Assembly: GCA_963769435.1 (NCBI GenBank)
Contig: CAVYLN010000002.1
Coordinates: 29,098 to 93,097, forward strand
Direction: 5' to 3'
Source: an uncultured Actinomycetota bacterium
GTDB lineage: Bacteria > Actinomycetota > Actinomycetes > S36-B12 > UBA10799
Length of the DNA: 64,000 nucleotides
Numbering within the stretch: position 1 is the first letter of the stretch; every line of letters begins with the position of its first letter. Position numbers and translations under genes: made by a program. The notes under the pieces are model-generated. The model did not search any database. It saw only the letters and a list, made by a program, of their open reading frames with translations, and had not been told where the DNA came from. Below, one piece after another: positions 27,498-36,510 of this stretch.

Positions 27498-27641
27498 ATG
27501 GATTTCCTGCTATGGATTCTCGCGGTTGTCCTGGTGGTGGCTGGCGTCGTTTCGATCGTGCGCAGTCAAGTGCTCTGGGGTGTTGTGCTGATCATCCTGG
27601 GCCTGCTGGTCGGTCCGGGAGGCGTCAGTCTTCTGACGTAA
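27498..27641 (+). CDS. small (47 aa) two-TM membrane protein with a C-terminal GPGG motif
   Basis: ATG..TAA ORF below the track cutoff: MDFLLWILAVVLVVAGVVSIVRSQVLWGVVLIILGLLVGPGGVSLLT. It resembles the GPGG-motif small membrane proteins of actinobacteria. No strong SD. Confidence 0.4.
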   Translation: MDFLLWILAVVLVVAGVVSIVRSQVLWGVVLIILGLLVGPGGVSLLT

Positions 27642-28332
27642 CCGCCCGCGCAAGTAGGGCCTCGACGTCGTCACGCATGGCGGATTCGACCGGTGGCAGG
27701 GCGGTAAGAATCATCCGCGCCGCCTCCGGTACCCGGTCGTAGCCACCGGCGGCAACGTCCAGTCGCACGTCGGTGTGCGCCTCAGCTCGTCGGGTCGGGT
27801 CGAAGGGATCGGATGCCCCCCGAAGCCTCAGCAGCGCGTCCAACGCCTCGCCCTGGATCTTGCGTAGTGCGCTGAGGTGCTCCCCCCGCAGGAAGCGGTG
27901 CAGGCCCACGTAGAGGTTCGCGAGCACCTGATCGATCAGCCACTGGCTACTGGGAGGCGGCTGCGGCGCTGGATCGAGGAGGCTCATGTCGAAGCCAGGC
28001 GCCATCCATACGACACGGCCCGGCTCGAACGGTATTGCCGTCATCTCCTCCGACTGGAACACGGCGAACTCGTGGAAGACGTCCCCGACCAGGACCTGAT
28101 ACCCGTCGGGGGTGTTGCGGTGTTGCCAGCGCAACGGCTCGCCGAGCCAGGAGAGGTCCTCCAGCATCTGTTCCTTGTCCGCGGTGATGACGAAGAAGTC
28201 GAGATCCGAGTGATCGTCCAACCGGTTCGTGTCCCTGCCGACGGATCCGAGCGCGAGCAGTGCCAGGGCGTCCGGCCGTAGTGCCAGGCGCCCCGCGATG
28301 TGATCGAGCTGATCCAGCAGCCGATGGGTCAT
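27625..28332 (-). CDS. nucleotidyltransferase-domain protein (Pol-beta superfamily)
   Basis: LALGSVGRDTNRLDDHSDLDFFVI is the GS-x(n)-DxD NTase motif. A helical C-terminal half follows. Confidence 0.65.
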   Translation of the reverse strand: MTHRLLDQLDHIAGRLALRPDALALLALGSVGRDTNRLDDHSDLDFFVITADKEQMLEDLSWLGEPLRWQHRNTPDGYQVLVGDVFHEFAVFQSEEMTAIPFEPGRVVWMAPGFDMSLLDPAPQPPPSSQWLIDQVLANLYVGLHRFLRGEHLSALRKIQGEALDALLRLRGASDPFDPTRRAEAHTDVRLDVAAGGYDRVPEAARMILTALPPVESAMRDDVEALLARAVTSED

Positions 28333-29624
28333 GCCGATCGTAGGAAGCGGTCCAGGACCCGGACCCCGAACTCGAGGGATTCGATCGGAACGCGCTCATC
28401 GATCCCGTGGAACAGCGCCGTGAAGTCCAGATCCGGCGGCAGTTGCAGCGGAGCGAAACCGAAACATCTGATGCCGAGTCTGGACAGGGCCTTCGCGTCA
28501 GTTCCACCGGACAAGGTGTAGGGAACCGGTATCCCTTGCGGGTCCTCGGCCAGCAGTGCGCGTGTCATCCCGTCGACGAGATCGCCGTCGAAGGTCGTTT
28601 CGAGGCTGATGTCCTTGACCTCCGGCTCGAAGGTGACGCCGGGTTCCAGAAGTTCCTGGAACTGCGCGAAGAAGTCATCCTCCAGGCCGGGGAGGAAGCG
28701 CGCATCGACGACGGCCTGGGCCTCGCCGGGGATGACGTTGCTCTTGTAGCCGCCGGCGAGCATCGTGGGGTTGGCCGTGTGACGCATGACCGCGCCGATC
28801 ATGCGGGCGAAGGGACCCAGCTGGGCCAGGGCCGCCTCGGGATCATTCCGGTCGAACGGGATCCCGGCGGCCTCACACACCTCGGCGAGGAATCTTTCGA
28901 CGGTCGGCGTCATCTGCACCGGGAACTCGTGTTCGCCGATCCTGGTCACCGTGCGGGCGAGGCGGGTGATCGCGTTGTCGTTGGCGATCAGTGATCCGTG
29001 AGCGGCCGTGCCGGTGGCCCGCAGCCGTAGCCACGCCAGGCCCTTCTGTGCCGTCTCGATCATGTAGAGGCGCTTGTGGTTGGCCAACTCGAAGGAGAAC
29101 CCGCCGACCTCGCCGATGCCCTCTGTCACCCCGTGCAGAAGATCCGCCCGATTGTCCACGACCCAGTGGGCGCCGTGCTGTCCGCCGGCCTCCTCGTCGG
29201 GAAGGAACAGCAGAACGATGTCACGCCGGGGCTTGATCCCGTGGAACTGCCACTTCTGAACGACGGTGAGGATCATGGCGTCCATGTCCTTCATGTCGAC
29301 CGCTCCCCTGCCCCACACCATGCCGTCGTGGATGGTGCCCTCGAAGGCCGGCACCGACCAGTCCTCGGCGATTGCCGGAACCACGTCCAAGTGGGCATGC
29401 ACGACCAGTGCTGGAGCCTGAGGATCCTCGCCCGGGACGCGGCAGACAACCACTTGTCGTGAGGCCGACGTGGTGCTGAAACGTTCCGGCTGCAGGCCGG
29501 CTCCCCGCAGGAACGCCTCGACGTATTCCGCGGCCGAGGCTTCCCCGGGTCCGGTGCCGTCGCCGTAGTTCGAGGTGTCGAGACTGATGAGTTCCGAGCA
29601 GACACGCGCCACGTCCGAAGTCAT
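28329..29624 (-). CDS. M20/M25/M40 family metallo-hydrolase
   Basis: 431 aa with LVVHAHLDVVPA...GRGAVDMKD...LPDEEAGG...LSGGTDAK. Intact. Confidence 0.85.
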   Translation of the reverse strand: MTSDVARVCSELISLDTSNYGDGTGPGEASAAEYVEAFLRGAGLQPERFSTTSASRQVVVCRVPGEDPQAPALVVHAHLDVVPAIAEDWSVPAFEGTIHDGMVWGRGAVDMKDMDAMILTVVQKWQFHGIKPRRDIVLLFLPDEEAGGQHGAHWVVDNRADLLHGVTEGIGEVGGFSFELANHKRLYMIETAQKGLAWLRLRATGTAAHGSLIANDNAITRLARTVTRIGEHEFPVQMTPTVERFLAEVCEAAGIPFDRNDPEAALAQLGPFARMIGAVMRHTANPTMLAGGYKSNVIPGEAQAVVDARFLPGLEDDFFAQFQELLEPGVTFEPEVKDISLETTFDGDLVDGMTRALLAEDPQGIPVPYTLSGGTDAKALSRLGIRCFGFAPLQLPPDLDFTALFHGIDERVPIESLEFGVRVLDRFLRSA

Positions 29625-29659
29625 GCCCTCACTGTGCCACTTTGCGCGAGACTAGACAT

Positions 29660-30188
29660 GTGACTGACCGACTGTTCGTCGCGATCTGGCCCCCGGAGCC
29701 GATCATCCTGGCGATGGAGGCGGCTGTCGATCCACTACGTGGGCGGTACGAACACATCCGTTGGCAGCCTCGGGGTCGTTGGCATCTCACCCTCGCGTTC
29801 CTCGGCGACCGCGAACTTGCCGTGGAAGTGCGGCCGCCTCCACGCGACTCCAGCAGTCTGCGCGCAACCCGTTCGGCTGAACGGCGCCGGTAGGTTCGGA
29901 CCCATCTTGTGGATGGGGGTGGATGCCGGTCCATGGCTTGCCCGACTGGCCTCATCGGTCCAGAGCACGCACCACTGTCCTGATCGCCGCTTCTCCGCCC
30001 ACGTGACACTGGGCCGCAGTCGGTCTTCGGTGGGATCCCGGCAGGTTTCTGAGGCAGTCACCGCTCTTGCGGGGTTCTCCTCCCCTTCATGGACACCGAT
30101 GGAGGTCACCCTGGTGAGGTCGGTCACCGGACCCAAGCCGGCATACGAGGTGGTCGCCAGAACACCCTTGACCGTCGGAGAGACCTGA
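29660..30188 (+). pseudogene. thpR: RNA 2',3'-cyclic phosphodiesterase (2H family), one frameshift
   Basis: The first HxTx motif (RWHLTLAFLGD) is in ORF 29642-29893. The second (FSAHVTLGRS) is in ORF 29739-30188. The junction is around 29830-29840. Confidence 0.7.
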
Positions 30189-30219
30189 AACGGGGTTGGT
30201 ACTCTAGAGACCCAACCGG

Positions 30220-30308
30220 GTCCGGGTGGCGGAATAGGCAGACGCGCTAGCTTGAGGTGCTAGTGCCCTTAACGGGGCGTGGGGGTTCAAATCCCCCCTC
30301 GGACACCA
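30220..30308 (+). tRNA. tRNA-Leu (anticodon GAG), long variable arm, CCA encoded
   Basis: GTCCGGGTGGCGGAATAGGCAGACGCGCTAGCTTGAGGTGCTAGTGCCCTTAACGGGGCGTGGGGGTTCAAATCCCCCCTCGGACACCA. Anticodon loop TTGAGGT. Confidence 0.9.
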
Positions 30309-30312
30309 GATA

Positions 30313-30338
30313 CCCCCACGAAATCACCTTCGTGGGGG
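30313..30338 (+). terminator. perfect 10-bp stem-loop directly after tRNA-Leu
   Basis: CCCCCACGAA-atcacc-TTCGTGGGGG, followed by cttcatc. Confidence 0.55.
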
Positions 30339-30379
30339 CTTCATCTAGCGTACGTCTAACGGCTGTCAGCGGGAGATCG

Positions 30380-30403
30380 GCGCTGTAGGTGCACCTACAG
30401 CGC
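30380..30403 (-). terminator. perfect 24-bp palindrome 36 nt downstream of the acyl-CoA ligase stop
   Basis: GCGCTGTAGGTGCACCTACAGCGC equals its own reverse complement. No U-tract, so it could be an operator rather than a terminator. Confidence 0.4.
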
Positions 30404-30438
30404 TGTTCGCGGGGAACATGCACCGAGTGCTCGGGGCC

Positions 30439-32223
30439 CTACCCGTAGATCGCGTCGATCTCCGCACCGAAGTCCTGTGCGACGAGATTGCGCTTGAGCT
30501 TCTGGGTCGGCGTGAGATGACCGGACTCCTCGGTGAACGCACTGTCGAGAAGCCGCCAGGAGCGGATCGATTCCGCCTTTGACACGGCCGCGTTCGCGTC
30601 ATCCACAGCCGACTGGATCTCCGCGCGCAGATCGGGGTCGTCCCGCAACTCCGCCGCGGTCGTTCCGGTCTTGTTGTGGGACTTCGCCCAGACCGCCAGC
30701 GCATCCGGGTCTACCGTGATCAGCGCCCCGATGAACGGCTGCCCCTCCCCCACCACCATCGTCGGCCCGATGAGGTTGTGTGCCTGCATACGGTCCTCCA
30801 GGACAGCCGGCGCCACGTTCTTGCCTCCGGCGGTGACGATGATCTCCTTCTTGCGTCCGGTGATCTGCAAGTAGCCGTCAGGGTCGAGGGCACCGAGGTC
30901 GCCGGTCCTGAACCATCCATCGGCATCGATGGCGTCATCGGTCGCCGCACGGTTGTTGTGATATCCGGCCATCACGTGAGGTCCCTGCAGCCAGATCTCG
31001 CCGTCATCGGCTATTCGCACCGCCGTCCCCGGCATCGGCTGCCCCACGCTGCCGATCCGAGGGCTCTCGGCACGGTTGAATGTGCCGGACGCGGTTGTCT
31101 CGGTCAGTCCGTAGCCCTCCATGACGGTGCAACCGATGCCTGCGAAGAAGTAGCCGAGCCGCTCCCCGAGACTGGCCCCGCCCGTGATCGCGAAGCGCAG
31201 GTTACCTCCCATGGCTGCCCGGATCTTGGCGTAGACCAGTCGGTCGAACAGGGAGTGCTCCAGTCGGAGCCACAAGGAAGGCTTCCCGGTCTGGGTGATG
31301 CGGCCATAATCGATGGCGACCCTCGCGGCACGTTCGAAGATCCGCCCCTTGCCCTCGGCATGGGCCTTCTGCTGGGTGGCGTTGAAGATCTTCTCGAAGA
31401 TGCGCGGAACGCCGACGAGGAAGGTGGGATGCAGACTGAGCATGTCCGCGGGCAACTGCTTCGGCGCCGGACAGTGGGCTACCTGCATGCCGCCCTGCGC
31501 ACAGTAGACCTGCGCCCCTCGTCCGAGCACATGAGCCAGCGGCAGGAAGAGCACCGTCTTGGCGCCGGGTTCGTCCACCACGGGCCGGGTGGTGGTCACC
31601 AGGGTGCGAGTGACGAACATGAGGTTCTCGTGGGTGATGACACAACCCTTGGGCCGCCCCGTCGTGCCGGACGTGTAAACGATCGTGGCCGGGTCCTGTG
31701 GAGACGCAGCGGCCAGGCGCTTCTCGGGCACATCGTCCGGCACATCGACGCCCTCGACGGCCAGCTGCTCCAGCAAGCCATCGTCGATCACCCACACCGG
31801 CGGGCTCTCAAGAGTCGCCTCCCGCACGCGCTGGGCCATGTCCGTGGAACTCACGATGACGGCCACCGCGTGGCTGTCCTCGAGGATCCACTCGATCTGC
31901 TCGGCCGACGACGAGTCGTAGATCGGAACTGCGAAACAACCGATGGACCACAGCGCGAAGTCGAGGACGGTCCACTCGTAGCGCGTGGGCGAGAGGATGG
32001 CGACCGGGCTCCCCGCCTCGATACCTCGCGCCACGATGCCCTTTGCGACACGGCTCACCTGCTCGTTGAACTCCTTGGCCGTAACATCAGCCCAGCCGTC
32101 ATCGGTGCGCAGCGCATACACAGGACGCGATGGCATGGTGCGCGCGTTGCGGGCGGGCAGTGAGCCGATCGTGTCGGTGATCGGCAGCTCGATCTCAGGT
32201 GGATAAGCGATCTCGCGGGCCAT
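30439..32223 (-). CDS. long-chain fatty-acid--CoA ligase (AMP-forming)
   Basis: 594 aa with YTSGTTGRPKG, GYGLTET and TGDLG...GYLQITGRKKE motifs. Confidence 0.9.
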   Translation of the reverse strand: MAREIAYPPEIELPITDTIGSLPARNARTMPSRPVYALRTDDGWADVTAKEFNEQVSRVAKGIVARGIEAGSPVAILSPTRYEWTVLDFALWSIGCFAVPIYDSSSAEQIEWILEDSHAVAVIVSSTDMAQRVREATLESPPVWVIDDGLLEQLAVEGVDVPDDVPEKRLAAASPQDPATIVYTSGTTGRPKGCVITHENLMFVTRTLVTTTRPVVDEPGAKTVLFLPLAHVLGRGAQVYCAQGGMQVAHCPAPKQLPADMLSLHPTFLVGVPRIFEKIFNATQQKAHAEGKGRIFERAARVAIDYGRITQTGKPSLWLRLEHSLFDRLVYAKIRAAMGGNLRFAITGGASLGERLGYFFAGIGCTVMEGYGLTETTASGTFNRAESPRIGSVGQPMPGTAVRIADDGEIWLQGPHVMAGYHNNRAATDDAIDADGWFRTGDLGALDPDGYLQITGRKKEIIVTAGGKNVAPAVLEDRMQAHNLIGPTMVVGEGQPFIGALITVDPDALAVWAKSHNKTGTTAAELRDDPDLRAEIQSAVDDANAAVSKAESIRSWRLLDSAFTEESGHLTPTQKLKRNLVAQDFGAEIDAIYG

Positions 32224-32327
32224 GGCAATCCTGTCGTCGGTGTCGCCCCGACCCTAGTCGATCCCCGCCATCCAGTGCCGCGTCGGCCAACCTGCCGACG
32301 CTCGCGGACGCGAGTTGTCCTCGAAGG

Positions 32328-32349
32328 CCTGACACCGCCGGGTGTCAGG
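32328..32349 (-). terminator. 9-bp stem-loop overlapping the stop codon of the metallopeptidase gene
   Basis: CCTGACACC-gccg-GGTGTCAGG. The stop codon (32345-32347) lies inside the stem. Confidence 0.35.
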
Positions 32350-33391
32350 CAGGATTCACCAAGCCGTGCACGAAGTCGAGTTTGGCGATCACGGATTCCG
32401 TGAGTCGGAAGGGATACAGGTCATCCCTGCCCATGCTCCGGTTCACCGCGTTCAGCGCGAACGTCAGAGGCAGCCAGGTGGAGATGATTCCGCGGATGCC
32501 CGCCTGGCCCGGTGCGTTCGAGCCGGGATAGGCATGGACGGCTCCCGTGACCTCCGGGGCGGTCGTGCTCGGTCCGGCGACGGTCATGCCCCAGGCCGAC
32601 GCCGTCTGCAATGTGTCGAGGATGTGCAGGTAGTGCGCGAAAGTCTCCGCCCAGTCCTCCCATGGATGAGCCGTCGCGTAGGCGCTGATGTGGGTCACTT
32701 CCCAACCCTCGGGCGGGCCTGCGGAGTAGTGACGCTGCAATGCGGCGCCGTAGTCCGCGCGCTCATCCCCGAAGAGTTGCCGGAAACGCTCGAGTGCGTC
32801 TTGGCTATCGATGCCCTGGGCTCCGGGGCGGCGCCCCTGCACAAGCACTTGGAAGTAGTAGTGCCCGACCTCGTGACGCAGGTGCCCGAGCACCGTCCGA
32901 TACGGCTCCCCCATCTCGACGCGCATCGCCTCTCGGTGCGGGTCGTCGCCCTCCGCCAGGTCGATCGTGACCAATCCGTTGTCGTGTCCGGTGGTCACAG
33001 GTGCCTCTACGCTGGACAGCAGGTCGAAGGCGAGCCCCGCGTCATCGTCGCGCTTCGCGATGATCGGTAGTCGCAGGTCGATGAGTTGATAGACGAGTCG
33101 CCGCTTGGCGGCCTCCGTCCGGACGAACGCCTCCATCCCGGACGTGTCCCCGTCGTGTGGGCGCGTCCGGGTGAGCCGGCACGAGGGACAGTAGAGGTCT
33201 CCGGAAACAGTCAGCCAGTTGCAGCCGATAAGTGCCGCGTTGGCGCACAGTCGCTGGGTCCCCGACGTCGGGTCGACGGGAATCATCGAGAACTGTTCGG
33301 CCGAGAAGGCCTGTGGGCTCCCGCACACCACACACTTGGAACTCTCGAACGAGAGCAGATTTGAACACCGTCGACAGGTGAACGTACGCAT
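32345..33391 (-). CDS. putative zinc-binding metallopeptidase with an N-terminal zinc ribbon
   Basis: MRTFTCRRCSNLLSFESSKCVVCGS...CPSC, then HEVGHYY (HExxH). The ORF runs to 33517. I prefer Met43, which avoids overlapping the next gene. Confidence 0.75.
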   Translation of the reverse strand: MRTFTCRRCSNLLSFESSKCVVCGSPQAFSAEQFSMIPVDPTSGTQRLCANAALIGCNWLTVSGDLYCPSCRLTRTRPHDGDTSGMEAFVRTEAAKRRLVYQLIDLRLPIIAKRDDDAGLAFDLLSSVEAPVTTGHDNGLVTIDLAEGDDPHREAMRVEMGEPYRTVLGHLRHEVGHYYFQVLVQGRRPGAQGIDSQDALERFRQLFGDERADYGAALQRHYSAGPPEGWEVTHISAYATAHPWEDWAETFAHYLHILDTLQTASAWGMTVAGPSTTAPEVTGAVHAYPGSNAPGQAGIRGIISTWLPLTFALNAVNRSMGRDDLYPFRLTESVIAKLDFVHGLVNPA

Positions 33392-33450
33392 GCCGCATGA
33401 CACCACATCCACCGGGCCGCGGTGCGACCGGCACCTGGTGTAGGCGCCGT

Positions 33451-34188
33451 TCAGCCTTGGAACAACTCCACGGAGACGGCCGCGGGAACGCCCGCGCGTT
33501 CCCCGGTCTGCTCGCACATGGCTCTCACGAACTCCGGATCCGCCATGCGATGATCCCCCAGACCCTCGAGGTAGGCGGCGTGGGCGGACAGCGAAGCTAC
33601 CGCTGCGTCGAGGAAGTCCGTCACCTCGATCGCATGATGGGCCTCAGGTGACCCCGCCACGAGGATCCTCGTCACGGCATGTGGCTCCAGCCCATCGACC
33701 GGGAAGATCCACCGGTTGCCGGCATCGGCCGCCGCGTCGAGGGCGGCCTCCCCCACGGCCCGGTGATCGGCACTGTTCCGGCTGCCCGGGAACCCCCAGT
33801 TGTCGCGGTGATTGAACAGAAGAAGGGTGCTCGGGCGGTGACGGCGGATGGCGTGCGCCAGATCGCGTCTCAGTGGCAGCCCGTACTCGAGCGTGCCGTC
33901 CGGATAGTCCATGAACTCGACGTCCTCAACACCCACGATCGCGGCGCTGTCCCGTTGTTCCTGTTCGCGCACCCGAGCGGCTTCGTCCGGCGCCATTCCG
34001 TCGATACCCGCCTCGCCCCTGGTCGCCAGCAGATAGCGCACGCTACTGCCGGCGGCGGTCCACTTGGCGACTGCGGCCGCCGCGCCGTACTCCAGGTCGT
34101 CCGGGTGAGCCACGACCGCAAGTACGGTGCCAGGATCCTCGTCCCACAATTCCAGTGCCATGCTGACGAATCTATGTCCTTCGCGCAT
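33451..34188 (-). CDS. PIG-L/LmbE family deacetylase
   Basis: VLAVVAHPDDLEYGAAAAVAKW...HRD..HRA motifs. Confidence 0.8.
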   Translation of the reverse strand: MREGHRFVSMALELWDEDPGTVLAVVAHPDDLEYGAAAAVAKWTAAGSSVRYLLATRGEAGIDGMAPDEAARVREQEQRDSAAIVGVEDVEFMDYPDGTLEYGLPLRRDLAHAIRRHRPSTLLLFNHRDNWGFPGSRNSADHRAVGEAALDAAADAGNRWIFPVDGLEPHAVTRILVAGSPEAHHAIEVTDFLDAAVASLSAHAAYLEGLGDHRMADPEFVRAMCEQTGERAGVPAAVSVELFQG

Positions 34189-34198
34189 GACGTGGCAC

Positions 34199-35055
34199 TC
34201 ATCTGAGCCGATCGTGCGCTTCCAGAGCGGTGACCATCTCCTCGAGAACCGGCTGTCCTGGCTGGTCCGGGACGCCGGCCCCGGGCAGCGAGTGCATCAT
34301 CTCGAACACCCGGTCCACCATCGCCGCGCCGATCGTCGGGCCGTGACAGGTCGCGATGGTGGTGATGTCGAGCCGCCTCAACTCGTCCACCTCGGCGTCG
34401 TACCGGGCCTGGTCCAGCAGTTCGATCCAGGGGCTGTTCCACTTTCCGAAGACCGCGAAGCCGTCGGCCCACTGGTCACGGTCCAGTTCGTCGACGTACT
34501 CGGTGCGCTTGGGGACGGGGGTCGAGAAGCAGTCGGACGCCCAGTACACGCCGGTGGACGTGTCCAGCAGGCCGCGGGTCGTAGGAGAGTCATACAGAGG
34601 GGGCCGCAGCGCCACCACCTGCCGGTCACCGATGTCGAGTGACTCCCCATGTCCCAGCCAGCGCCATCGCTGCATGGGCGGAAGCGGACCCTCTGCAGAC
34701 AGCCGCTGCGTGAGGTACCAGGTGGCGATCATGGTCGCATTCGGACACATGTCCATCAGCACGTCGACGTTGCCGTAGTGGTCGACGTCGTCGTGCGACA
34801 CGAAGATCCATCGGACGTCCTCGGGGTCGACCAGGCTCGTGAGTTGTTCGAGGTAGGCCTGCCTGTCGATCGGGGTGCCGGTGTCCACGACCATCGGTTC
34901 CCTGCCCCGGATGAGCATCGAGTTCATGTGCACGGCCATGGGACCCTCTCCCTCACCGTGGATCGCCTGGATCACGTAGGTCTCGGGGGCGATCAGCAGC
35001 GGCGTCAGCGGGTCGGTCTGGGCCGCTTCGGGTGCTTGTCGATCAGTTCGGTCAT
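34199..35055 (-). CDS. MBL-fold metallo-hydrolase with an apparent 5'-proximal frameshift
   Basis: The body (ORF 34199-34975) has VVDTGT...FVSHDDVDHYGN. A strong SD (AAGGAGG) plus ATG at 35055 gives MTELIDKHP in another frame. The body frame continues upstream as EAAQTDPLTPLLIAPETYVIQ with no start codon. The junction is near 35030, where one C appears to be missing from a C-run. Confidence 0.65.
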
Positions 35056-35190
35056 GGTGGTTCCTCCTTGTGGATGTGTCTGCGATGTTGCCTACGCGCG
35101 AACGGCGGGCACCATCCCTGATTCCCGGGGAGTCGCACCCCCAGGGATCTGGGATTCACTTCGTCGGCGTTCCGGTGGATACTCGACGAC

Positions 35191-36510
35191 ATGGCCATGG
35201 ATGCGCAGACGGTGGGTGCGCGACTCGCTTCGCTGTCCGTCACTGGCCTGGCTCACGAGGCGTTCGCCGAGGCGGCACTGGAGGTGCTCAAGCAGGCTGT
35301 TCCGTTCGAGAGTGCTTGCCTTGCCTCGTGCGACCCTGACACGCACCTGCTCACGGGCACTACGAAGATGGGCCTCCCGGACGCCCGGGACGCGGAGTTC
35401 GCCAGTTTCGAGTACGAGCGCCCAGATGTGAACAGTTTCGGTGAGATCGCCCAGCGTCCGATCCCGGTCGGGGTTCTTGCCCTTGATACCGATGGCCACC
35501 CAGAGCGTGCGGCGAGGTATCGCGATTTCCTGGTGGCCCATTTCGACCAGGGAAACGAGCTGCGTGCGGCGCTGCGTGCCGATGGTCGGACGTGGGGTTT
35601 CGTGGGGCTGTACCGACCGACCTCAGCCACTGGATTCAGTCCCGCGGACGCCGCGTTCGTGGCCGGGGTCTCCCAAGTGCTGGCTGCGGGTTTTCGAGCC
35701 GGACTCATCGCCGGCGCGGCTCGCAACCCTGATCCCGTCCATGGCCCCGCCGTACTTGTCGTCGACCCCGAAGACGCGGTCACCAGTGCCTCTGGCCCTG
35801 CCGAACAACGGCTGGAACAACTTGGCGGTTCGGTCTGGGGTCAGTTACCCATCCAGCTGGTCACGGTCGTGGCCTCCGCCCGCGCGTTCGGAGCAGGCAT
35901 CCGCAGCACCCCGGCCAGCACCAGGGTTCGCGCCCGCGACGGTTCGTGGCTGATTGTGCATGCCGCACCTCTGACCACCCCGTCAGGTCCCGGCAAACAG
36001 GTCGTTGTCACCATCGAGGCGGCTCGCCCTCCGGAGCTGATCCCGTTGATCGTGGCCGCCTACCAACTCACCGATCGGGAGCGCGAGGTGGTCGTGGCGG
36101 TTCTCGGAGGCGCCAGCACCCGGGAGATCGCCGCCAGTCTTCATCTCTCCCCGTACACAGTGCAGGACCATCTGAAGGCCGTGTTCACGAAGTGTGGAGT
36201 GAGTTCGCGCCGAGAACTCATCGCGACGGTGTTCTTCAGCCACTACGCGCCCGTCATCGGCCAGCCACTCGACACAGCCGGACGGGCCTTCGTTGCCTAC
36301 TGCGAGCGCTACAGCGACCTGAGTTCGTCCACGCTGTACCCCGCAAGGCCGAGACTCGTCATCGTCCGAGCCTGCTCCGCCTCGAAATCACGGCCTGTGA
36401 CGATGGAACTCATCCGGAGCACAGCATCCATGTTGGGGGTTGGGACGCCGACGGCCCGTGCCAGGTCCGTCAGGAAGACCAGCCCGAAGCCGGCGTCCTC
36501 AGTGAAGTAG
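35191..36510 (+). CDS. LuxR-family transcriptional regulator with a GAF-like sensor domain; 3' end doubtful
   Basis: The C-terminal HTH is LTDREREVVVAVLGGASTREIAASLHLSPYTVQDHLKAVFTKCGVSSRRELIA. The frame then continues for about 90 more codons and overlaps the convergent gene by 202 nt. Confidence 0.7.
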   Translation: MAMDAQTVGARLASLSVTGLAHEAFAEAALEVLKQAVPFESACLASCDPDTHLLTGTTKMGLPDARDAEFASFEYERPDVNSFGEIAQRPIPVGVLALDTDGHPERAARYRDFLVAHFDQGNELRAALRADGRTWGFVGLYRPTSATGFSPADAAFVAGVSQVLAAGFRAGLIAGAARNPDPVHGPAVLVVDPEDAVTSASGPAEQRLEQLGGSVWGQLPIQLVTVVASARAFGAGIRSTPASTRVRARDGSWLIVHAAPLTTPSGPGKQVVVTIEAARPPELIPLIVAAYQLTDREREVVVAVLGGASTREIAASLHLSPYTVQDHLKAVFTKCGVSSRRELIATVFFSHYAPVIGQPLDTAGRAFVAYCERYSDLSSSTLYPARPRLVIVRACSASKSRPVTMELIRSTASMLGVGTPTARARSVRKTSPKPASSVK

